A DNA stretch of 5,209 nucleotides from a virus (Duplodnaviria; Heunggongvirae; Uroviricota; Caudoviricetes): IMG/VR virus record IMGVR_UViG_2690315922_000002, positions 1 to 5,209 of that record; one strand, given 5' to 3'. The notes beneath the pieces were generated by a model, which was given only the letters and a program-made list of their open reading frames with translations, was not told where the DNA came from and did no database searches. Every line of letters begins with the position of its first letter. The stretch's first letter is position 1. The position numbers were made by a program, and so were the translations under genes. Of the stretch, positions 1 through 5,031 are shown one piece after another.

Positions 1-2
1 GG

Positions 3-212
3 GAAGCGGTATATGACGAGAACAGTAGCGCCGCGCCATTTGCTGAAATCATTGTGACGAAAAACCGTTTTGGCTCGCTTGGTACGGTTTACCAGCGGTT
101 CTGCAACGGACACTTTGTTGCATGTGACCAGGATGAAGCCAGACAGATTTGCACAGCATCAAATGCACCTGCTGCGCGTGGCAGACGATATGCACAAGGG
201 GCTGACGTATGA
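3..212 (+). CDS. 3' end of an upstream ORF (partial, 69 codons in window); product not recognised
   Basis: Frame open from the window edge (...[53 protein letters not shown]) to TGA at 210-212, followed 25 nt later by an intrinsic terminator. No start codon context can be judged inside the window. Confidence 0.35.
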   Translation, partial: EAVYDENSSAAPFAEIIVTKNRFGSLGTVYQRFCNGHFVACDQDEARQICTASNAPAARGRRYAQGADV

Positions 213-237
213 CCATCTACATCACTGAGCTAATAAC

Positions 238-269
238 AGGCCTGCTGGTAATCGCAGGCCTTTTTATTT
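238..269 (+). terminator. Rho-independent terminator (possible tR2-type terminator of the nin region)
   Basis: Perfect 8-bp stem AGGCCTGC (238-245) / GCAGGCCT (254-261) with an 8-nt loop, followed by TTTTTATTT (261-269). Position upstream of ninB matches where lambdoid phages carry N-sensitive terminators (established knowledge; identity with lambda tR2 not verified). Confidence 0.6.
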
Positions 270-284
270 GGGGGAGAGGGAATC

Positions 285-491
285 GTGGTTGAGTTGATTT
301 TCTCTGCATTGAGGCTTCTCGGTGCTATGTGGATGGTGGCGACGTTCATTGTGGTTGCTCGCTGTTTTGTCCGGTTGGTAGGCGAAGGTAAAGACCTGGT
401 GGGTGTGCTTTTCGGTAGCATTCTCCTGTGGGTGATTATCGGTGTTGCGCCTGTCGCTGTAGCAAAAATGGCGTGGCGTTTTGTGAGTTGA
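285..491 (+). CDS. Small hydrophobic protein (68 aa), probably two transmembrane helices; unrecognised family
   Basis: ORF in track with GTG start at 285 preceded by GGGGGAGAGGG (271-281) as a Shine-Dalgarno-like purine run; stop TGA 489-491. Translation is dominated by L/V/I/A/F/W stretches (LLGAMWMVATFIVVA; VLFGSILLWVIIGVAPVAVA) separated by a charged loop (RLVGEGKD). GTG start and short length make this a tentative call. Confidence 0.4.
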   Translation: MVELIFSALRLLGAMWMVATFIVVARCFVRLVGEGKDLVGVLFGSILLWVIIGVAPVAVAKMAWRFVS

Positions 492-508
492 ACTGAGGGT
501 AAGTACCG

Positions 509-886
509 ATGGACGAATCAAGAAAGCAGTTTGAAGAAAGTTGGTTGCGACGTGGGGGCGAATCTTCAGACCTTATCCGTTACCCTGAAAATCACCATGA
601 AATTGGCTGCGGTAATATTGGTGGTCAATACGTGATGGACGATGTTCAAGGCCACTGGCAAACGTGGCAGGCATCGCGAGCAGCTATTGAACTGGATATC
701 GACTGGCCCGAATCGAATGACGACTTTTGGAAAGATGGTGAAGAAGGTGCTTATGCGATGGGTTATGAGGATGGGAGAGACAAAACGGTAATTGCAGTAA
801 TGAAAGCTATCAGAGCCGCTGGAATTAAAGAGAAGAATTTCGATGAAGCAAATATACATGCTTCGCAACGAAGCAATCAGAAATAA
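509..886 (+). CDS. Hypothetical acidic protein (125 aa) in the position occupied by ninA-type genes; family not recognised
   Basis: ATG at 509 with GAGGG (495-499) about 9 nt upstream; stop TAA 884-886. Acidic, W-rich translation (DIDWPESNDDFWKDGEEGAYAMGYEDG). Its 3' end overlaps the ninB start by 44 nt. Confidence 0.5.
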   Translation: MDESRKQFEESWLRRGGESSDLIRYPENHHEIGCGNIGGQYVMDDVQGHWQTWQASRAAIELDIDWPESNDDFWKDGEEGAYAMGYEDGRDKTVIAVMKAIRAAGIKEKNFDEANIHASQRSNQK

Positions 887-1289
887 CGCCATAGACGCAA
901 TACTCTCACTTCCCATCGACGACAAGTCACCTCACGAAGTCCACGTTAAAGAACCCAGGCGGAGTAATCCTCAAAACCGCCTTATGTGGGCGTTATTGCA
1001 GGACGTATCACGTCAGGTGCTTTGGCATGGACAGAGACTTGCGCCGGAGGACTGGAAAGACCTGTTCACTGCCCTGTGGCTTAAGACCAAAAAACTAGAG
1101 CAACGAAGTGTGCCTGGTATCGATGGTGGCGTTGTCATGCTTGGTGTGCGTACCAGCAAAATGCGAAAGGCCAGCATGACTGAGCTTATCGAAATCATGT
1201 TCTGGTTCGGAGCAGAGCGCAACGTGCGGTGGAGTGATGACTCCCGGCGAGAGTATGAATGGGCACAACGAAAAGGGAGGGCTGCATGA
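843..1289 (+). CDS. ninB: NinB-like recombination protein (lambda Orf146 family)
   Basis: 148-aa translation matches lambda NinB as recalled in length and conserved blocks (NAI...NPQNRLMWALLQDVSRQVLWHGQRL...DWK...FTA...ERNVRWSD...EW...RAA). Start at 843 (MKQ...) aligns with the lambda N-terminus; an alternative ATG at 858 is possible. Stop TGA 1287-1289 overlaps the next start (ATGA). Confidence 0.8.
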   Translation: MKQIYMLRNEAIRNNAIDAILSLPIDDKSPHEVHVKEPRRSNPQNRLMWALLQDVSRQVLWHGQRLAPEDWKDLFTALWLKTKKLEQRSVPGIDGGVVMLGVRTSKMRKASMTELIEIMFWFGAERNVRWSDDSRREYEWAQRKGRAA

Positions 1290-1813
1290 CTATCAAATCA
1301 AATACGCCAGCACACGACAAGGACTGCTGGCAAACGCCGCTTTGGCTTTTTGATGCACTGGATATTGAGTTTGGATTCTGGCTGGATTCGGCAGCGAGCG
1401 ACAAAAACGCTCTGTGCGCTCACTGGCTAACTGAGGCTGATGACGCGCTAAATTCTGAGTGGATAAGCCACGGTGCAATCTGGAATAACCCACCATACAG
1501 CAATATCAGGCCGTGGGTGGAAAAAGCCGCTGAGCAGTGCATACAACAGCGACAGACGGTAGTGATGCTTGTGCCAGAGGATATGTCAGTCGGATGGTTC
1601 AGCAAGGCTCTGGAGAGTGTTGACGAAGTTCGCATCATCACTGATGGACGGATTAATTTTATCGAACCATCGACAGGGCTGGAGAAGAAGGGAAACAGCA
1701 AAGGTTCCATGCTGCTGATTTGGCGACCGTTCATCAGTCCTCGACGGATGTTTACTACCGTATCCAAATCGGCATTGATGGTGATCGGGCAGGGCGTCAG
1801 GAGGGCTGCATGA
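1286..1813 (+). CDS. Phage Dam-type DNA N6-adenine methyltransferase (orphan methyltransferase; no restriction partner seen in window)
   Basis: 175-aa ORF with the N-terminal [12 protein letters not shown]...[11 protein letters not shown] block typical of phage Dam methyltransferases and the catalytic NPPY motif encoded at 1487-1498. Start ATG 1286 is preceded by AAAGGGAGG (1271-1279). Start and stop both sit in ATGA overlaps with neighbours. The 6-frame track ORF begins at 1259, but ATG 1286 has the better ribosome-binding site. Confidence 0.8.
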   Translation: MTIKSNTPAHDKDCWQTPLWLFDALDIEFGFWLDSAASDKNALCAHWLTEADDALNSEWISHGAIWNNPPYSNIRPWVEKAAEQCIQQRQTVVMLVPEDMSVGWFSKALESVDEVRIITDGRINFIEPSTGLEKKGNSKGSMLLIWRPFISPRRMFTTVSKSALMVIGQGVRRAA

Positions 1814-1986
1814 GGCGACAGCGACGAAGTTTCACCGACATCATCTGCGAAAACTGCAAATACCTTCCAACGAAACGCTCCAGAAATAAACCCAAGCCAA
1901 TCCCAAAAGAATCTGACGTAAAAACCTTCAATTACACGGCTCACCTGTGGGATATCCGGTGGCTAAGACATCGTGCGAGGAAATGA
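1810..1986 (+). CDS. ninE: NinE-like protein
   Basis: 58-aa translation [58 protein letters not shown] matches lambda NinE as recalled. ATG 1810 overlaps the methyltransferase stop (ATGA at 1810-1813); stop TGA 1984-1986. Confidence 0.75.
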   Translation: MRRQRRSFTDIICENCKYLPTKRSRNKPKPIPKESDVKTFNYTAHLWDIRWLRHRARK

Positions 1987-1988
1987 CA

Positions 1989-2390
1989 ATGTTTTTAATT
2001 CAACCTGGATTTGGCCTTAGCATTAAAAAAATGCACATGTTTGGCGAGAAAGAGTCACAACGAAAAATGGTGTTTATCAGATTGCCATTTATCAGTATTT
2101 GTTGGCCAAACAGGGAGGCAGCAATTTATTTGTCTACATGCGCCAGAGCAGCATTTAACGACCCTGAGTGGTTTGTAGAAAACCATCACGCTGTTCGTCA
2201 GGCGAAGAGAAAAGCTAAAACGACATACATGAAGGCGTATCGAAAAGCATGGAAAGAACACCACGATCGATACCAGCAAGACATGGAAAAGCTTGAATCA
2301 GAAAACATGGAATTAAGACGAAAGCTTGGTGAAGCAAAACGAGACATTGATGCTTACAAGCGACTTTTTAATGGTGAAAGCCATGCTTAG
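1989..2390 (+). CDS. Hypothetical protein (about 133 aa) with basic, heptad-like C-terminal region; family not recognised
   Basis: Open frame 1947-2390 in the track. Preferred start ATG 1989 with GAGGA (1977-1981) 7 nt upstream; alternatives are ATG 1983 (ATGA overlap with ninE stop), 2031 and 2067. The 5' portion (1990-2100) is AT-rich, so the true start may be internal. C-terminal part (KAYRKAWKEHHDRYQQDMEKLESENMELRRKLGEAKRDIDAYKRL) looks coiled-coil-like. Stop TAG 2388-2390. Confidence 0.45.
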   Translation: MFLIQPGFGLSIKKMHMFGEKESQRKMVFIRLPFISICWPNREAAIYLSTCARAAFNDPEWFVENHHAVRQAKRKAKTTYMKAYRKAWKEHHDRYQQDMEKLESENMELRRKLGEAKRDIDAYKRLFNGESHA

Positions 2391-2559
2391 CCCATCCCAA
2401 TCCCTTCAATACCAGAAAGAAAGCGTCGAGCGAGCTTTAACGTGCGCTAACTGCGGTCAGAAGCTGCATGTGCTGGAAGTTCACGTGTGTGAGCACTGCT
2501 GCGCAGAACTGATGAGCGATCCGAATAGCTCGATGTATGAGGAAGAAGACGATGAGTGA
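2383..2559 (+). CDS. ninF: NinF-like protein (cysteine-rich, putative zinc-binding)
   Basis: 58-aa translation MLSPSQSLQYQKESVERALTCANCGQKLHVLEVHVCEHCCAELMSDPNSSMYEEEDDE matches lambda NinF as recalled. CxxC...CxxCC spacing. Start ATG 2383 overlaps the preceding ORF's stop; an alternative in-frame ATG lies at 2371. Stop TGA 2557-2559. Confidence 0.75.
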   Translation: MLSPSQSLQYQKESVERALTCANCGQKLHVLEVHVCEHCCAELMSDPNSSMYEEEDDE

Positions 2560-2770
2560 TTCGTTTAGTAGCTCTGATTATTTGTATTTGGTTTTAGTAC
2601 CTGTGGCAGAAGTATTCCGCTCTCGATTTCCTGAAGGCTCAGCACCATTTAATGCCATTAGCACTTGCTCAAAATGCAGAGTGAAATTTACAGGTAAGCG
2701 GCTGGAAAGAGAGTGGCAGCAATTCTGCAAAAAACATGACCTAAAAAATGACCATGAACTGGAGTATTAA
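2552..2770 (+). CDS. Hypothetical small protein (72 aa); family not recognised
   Basis: ATG 2552 with GAGGAAGAAG (2539-2548) upstream; overlaps ninF stop by 8 nt; stop TAA 2768-2770 lies immediately before the next ATG (2771). Translation MSDSFSSSDYLYLVLVPVAEVFRSRFPEGSAPFNAISTCSKCRVKFTGKRLEREWQQFCKKHDLKNDHELEY. Confidence 0.5.
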   Translation: MSDSFSSSDYLYLVLVPVAEVFRSRFPEGSAPFNAISTCSKCRVKFTGKRLEREWQQFCKKHDLKNDHELEY

Positions 2771-3061
2771 ATGGCTAACCTACGCAAAGAAGCGCGCGGA
2801 AGAGAATGCCAGGTACGTATTTACGGCGTATGCAATGGCAACCCTGAAACTACAGTTCTGGCACATTACCGGATGGCTGGAATTTGCGGAACTGGAATGA
2901 AGCCTGACGACCTGATCGGCGCATGGGCTTGTAGCGCGTGTCACGATGAAATCGACCGACGCACCCATAATCTCGACAACAAAGACGCCAGACTTTATCA
3001 CCTCGAAGGCGTGATCAGGACGCAGGCGATACTGCTGAAGGAGGGGAAGATTAAGCCATGA
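2771..3061 (+). CDS. ybcO: DUF1364-family protein (YbcO-like; putative metal-binding nuclease commonly found next to rusA)
   Basis: 96-aa translation MANLRKEARGRECQVRIYGVCNGNPETTVLAH...CSACHDEIDRRTHNLDN... matches the E. coli DLP12 YbcO pattern as recalled (RGRECQVRI..VCNGNPET..LAH...ACSACHDEIDRRTH). Four conserved cysteines. Stop overlaps rusA start (ATGA at 3058-3061). Confidence 0.8.
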   Translation: MANLRKEARGRECQVRIYGVCNGNPETTVLAHYRMAGICGTGMKPDDLIGAWACSACHDEIDRRTHNLDNKDARLYHLEGVIRTQAILLKEGKIKP

Positions 3062-3420
3062 ACGAATATCAGTTTGTGCTTCCATACCCGCCATCGGTGA
3101 ATACCTACTGGCGAAGACGGGGAAGCCAATATTACATAAGCGATAAAGGCCAGAAATACCGAAAAGACGTACAGCAAATCATCCGCCAACTCAAGTTAGA
3201 TATTTTCACCAAATCACGACTCCGCATCAAAGTCATCGCAGACGTTCCAGACTCCCGCCGCCGCGACCTCGATAACATCCTGAAGGGTTTACTCGACTCA
3301 CTTATCCACGCCGGATTTGCGGAAGACGACGAGCAATTCGATGACATTCGCGTAATTCGTGGTGTGAAAGCTCCAGGCGGAAGGCTTGGAATAAAAATCA
3401 CCGAACTGGAGAACGTATGA
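3058..3420 (+). CDS. rusA: RusA-family Holliday junction resolvase (crossover junction endodeoxyribonuclease)
   Basis: 120-aa translation has RusA hallmarks: N-terminal LPYPPSVNTYW, catalytic-region DSRRRDLDNILKGLLDSL and C-terminal GGRLGIKITEL. ATGA overlaps at both ends. Confidence 0.85.
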   Translation: MNEYQFVLPYPPSVNTYWRRRGSQYYISDKGQKYRKDVQQIIRQLKLDIFTKSRLRIKVIADVPDSRRRDLDNILKGLLDSLIHAGFAEDDEQFDDIRVIRGVKAPGGRLGIKITELENV

Positions 3421-3605
3421 ACGCCACAATTCAAACGATACCAGAGCTTCTTATCCAGACACGAGGCAATCAGACCGAAGTGGCGAGGATGCTTTCCTGC
3501 GCAAGAGGAACAGTGCTCAAGTACAACCGAGACAGCAAAGGCGAGCGTCACGTAATAGTTAACGGCGTCCTGATGGTCAAACAGGGCAAAAGGGGAAGGC
3601 CATGA
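3417..3605 (+). CDS. ninH: NinH-like small DNA-binding protein
   Basis: 62-aa translation (TIPELLIQTRGNQTEVARMLSCARGTVLKYNRDSKGERHVIVNGVLMV) matches lambda NinH as recalled (TIPDML...GNQTEVARRL.CSRGTVRKY...VLMV); contains a helix-turn-helix-like segment. ATGA overlaps with rusA and Q. Confidence 0.75.
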   Translation: MNATIQTIPELLIQTRGNQTEVARMLSCARGTVLKYNRDSKGERHVIVNGVLMVKQGKRGRP

Positions 3606-4225
3606 GACTCGAAAGCGTAGCTAAATTTCATTCGCCAAAAAGCCCGATGATGAGCGACTCACCACGGGCTACGGCTTCTGACTTTCTTTCCGGTACTGAT
3701 GTGATGGCTGCTATGGGGATGGCGCAATCACAAGCCGGATTCGGAATGGCTGCATTCTGTGGTAAGCACGAACTCAGCCAGAGCGACAAACAAAAGGCTA
3801 TCAACTATCTGATGCAATTTGCACACAAGGTATCGGGGAAATACCGTGGTGTGGCAAAGCTTGAAGGAAATACTAAGGCAAAGGTACTGCAAGTGCTCGC
3901 AACATTCGCTTATGCGGATTATTGCCGTAGTGCCGCGACGCCGGGCGCAAGATGCAGAGATTGCCACGGTACAGGCCGTGCGGTTGATATATCAAAAACA
4001 GAGCAATTGGGGAGAGTTGTTGAGAAAGAGTGCGGAAGATGCAAAGGCGTCGGCTATTCAAGAATGCCAGCAAGCGCAGCATATCGCGCTGTGACGATGC
4101 TAATCCCAAACCTTACCCAACCCACCTGGTCACGCACTGTTAAGCCGCTGTATGACGCTCTGGTGGTGCAATGCCACAAGGAAGAGTCAATCGCAGATAA
4201 CATTTTGAACGAGGTCACACGTTAG
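3602..4225 (+). CDS. Q: Late-gene antitermination protein Q (lambda-type Q)
   Basis: 207-aa ORF, the same length as lambda Q. The translation (MRLESVAKFHSPKSPMMSDSPRATASD...CRDCHGTGRAVD...CGRCKGVGYSR...) agrees with lambda Q as I recall it almost residue for residue, including the zinc-binding cysteine cluster. Followed by a pR'-type promoter. Confidence 0.9.
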   Translation: MRLESVAKFHSPKSPMMSDSPRATASDFLSGTDVMAAMGMAQSQAGFGMAAFCGKHELSQSDKQKAINYLMQFAHKVSGKYRGVAKLEGNTKAKVLQVLATFAYADYCRSAATPGARCRDCHGTGRAVDISKTEQLGRVVEKECGRCKGVGYSRMPASAAYRAVTMLIPNLTQPTWSRTVKPLYDALVVQCHKEESIADNILNEVTR

Positions 4226-4267
4226 CAGCATGATTGCCACGGATGGCAACATATTAACGGCATAATA

Positions 4268-4310
4268 TTGACTGTTTGAATAAAGTTGGGTAAATTTGAC
4301 CCAAGAATGG
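4268..4310 (+). promoter_or_regulatory. Late promoter pR' with overlapping qut (Q-utilisation) region
   Basis: TTGACT (4268-4273), 17-bp spacer, TAAATT (4291-4296), then TGACCC and a -10-like AAGAAT (4303-4308) at the position of the lambda pause-inducing element (AACGAT in lambda as recalled). The sequence differs from the lambda pR' region as recalled at only a few positions up to 4310. Confidence 0.7.
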
Positions 4311-4496
4311 CAGATTTATATCCGTTCACATTCTTTCAGCTTTTACCCACCTCATCTTTAAGTTCTAAGCGCACTGACATGCGCATCATAAACTCGAGAG
4401 CACATAGGAATAGAGCCTGAGAAATATCGCTTTTGGCGACTTCTCTCGTGGTGATATTTCTATGTCAGCAGGCTCTAATATCTATGTGGTTCGCCT

Positions 4497-4661
4497 ATGT
4501 TAAAACGTGAAGATGCATTGAGACTTTTTAATTACAATCCAGATACTGGAATTCTTACATGGAGGATTCATGTAGGGTGTTTTGACGATATCGAGGAGGC
4601 TAGAAAGGCAATGGAAAATGCCAGAATAAAATATCATGGTGAATTCTCCAGTATGGGATAG
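4497..4661 (+). pseudogene. Remnant of an HNH/AP2-type homing endonuclease gene (54-codon in-frame fusion of the N-terminal and C-terminal ends)
   Basis: Translation MLKREDALRLFNYNPDTGILTWRIHVGCFDDIEEARKAMENARIKYHGEFSSMG. The N-terminal Y-x-P-D/E-T-G-x-L/F-T-W motif and the C-terminal AP2-like G-x-F-x-x-x-E-E-A...A-x-x-K-Y-H-G-E-F are both present, but the roughly 100-residue HNH catalytic core between them is absent. No convincing Shine-Dalgarno sequence. Not in the ORF track because it is under 60 aa. Confidence 0.55.
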
Positions 4662-4663
4662 AT

Positions 4664-4780
4664 GGGGTAATTCGCTCGTTGTGGTAGTGAGATGAAAAAA
4701 GGCGGCGCTTTACTACCGATTCCGCCTAGTTGGTCACTTCGACGTATCGTCTGGAACTCCAACCATCGCGGGCTGAGAGG
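4664..4780 (+). other. Segment homologous to the 5' part of the lambda pR' transcript (6S RNA / late leader), displaced about 355 bp downstream of its promoter
   Basis: ATGGGGTAATTCGCTCGTTGTGGTAGTGAGATGAAAAAAGGCGGCGCTTTACTACCGATTCCGCCTAGTTGGTCACTTCGACGTATCGTCTGGAACTCCAACCATCGC... agrees with the lambda sequence just downstream of pR' as recalled. Resemblance ends near 4780; the lambda tR' hairpin (GCCTGCATAACGGTTTCGGGATTTTTT) is not present. Confidence 0.5.
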
Positions 4781-4821
4781 TTTGCAAATATTGACGCAAT
4801 AAAGTTGCTAATGTGGTAACT

Positions 4822-4848
4822 AATACCCCGTATCTCTGTGTGGGTATT
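4822..4848. terminator. Weak hairpin, possible bidirectional terminator (end of antisense ORF; possible tR' substitute on + strand)
   Basis: AATACCC (4822-4828) / GGGTATT (4842-4848), 7-bp stem with a 13-nt loop, followed on + by TAATTATTTC and on - by a modest T-rich tail. AT-rich stem, so predicted stability is low. Confidence 0.3.
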
Positions 4849-4851
4849 TAA

Positions 4852-5031
4852 TTATTTCAATAGTTCCTGAAATTCAGCGACTAGATCCGCATGTCTTTTC
4901 ATTAGTGGTGTGATAAGACTTTTCTTGTTTTCATCAGAGTGCGTTGACATGGCTATTTGCAAGGTTTTATCAGAGATCTCTTGAAGTAACATATGGATTG
5001 CGTGGAGCCTTCTTGTGTCAAAGTCATTCAT
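4852..5031 (-). CDS. Small hypothetical protein (59 aa), antisense to the late transcript; family not recognised
   Basis: Minus-strand ORF hand-translated as MNDFDTRRLHAIHMLLQEISDKTLQIAMSTHSDENKKSLITPLMKRHADLVAEFQELLK. The ATG (complement of 5029-5031) is preceded on the minus strand by AAGAAGGA about 10 nt upstream; stop is the complement of 4852-4854. Below the 60-aa cutoff of the ORF track. Lies in an AT-rich segment with no resemblance to lambda. Confidence 0.4.
   Translation of the reverse strand: MNDFDTRRLHAIHMLLQEISDKTLQIAMSTHSDENKKSLITPLMKRHADLVAEFQELLK

Noticed and set aside
230-521. Minus-strand ORFs 230-421 and 264-521 from the track
   Set aside because: They overlap the terminator hairpin and the + strand small-protein ORF, have no ribosome-binding site, and oppose the otherwise uniform + strand operon; most likely chance frames.
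1259-1285. Upstream in-frame ATG at 1259 for the methyltransferase (track start), and similar N-terminal extensions at 1720, 1947, 2326 and 2537
   Set aside because: In each case a downstream ATG has the better Shine-Dalgarno spacing and/or matches the stop-start overlap and the expected protein N-terminus; the longer forms are read-through of the upstream gene's 3' end in another frame.
566-1944. Minus-strand ORFs 566-925, 1013-1222, 1195-1404, 1293-1496 and 1420-1944
   Set aside because: Each lies entirely antisense to a + strand gene with recognisable homology or strong coupling signals (ninB, methyltransferase); no independent support.
2055-3551. Minus-strand ORFs 2055-2279, 2780-3094, 2998-3189 and 3132-3551
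   Set aside because: Antisense to ybcO, rusA and ninH, which carry clear family signatures on the + strand; the 2055-2279 frame is antisense to the unrecognised ORF but has no start context.
3728-4109. ORFs inside the Q gene (3728-3967 minus, 3819-4094 plus, 3873-4109 minus)
   Set aside because: Embedded in alternative frames of the well-supported Q coding sequence.
4234-4249. Short inverted repeat TTGCCA-CGGA-TGGCAA between Q stop and pR'
   Set aside because: Only a 6-bp stem with no T-tract; this stretch appears to be shared with lambda and has no terminator character. Possibly a binding site, but no basis to call it.
4308-4421. 37-codon ORF starting at the ATGG junction (MADLYPFTFFQLLPTSS...)
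   Set aside because: Starts at the ATG that in lambda opens only a two-codon frame; no homology signal, and it sits in the inserted leader; treated as chance.
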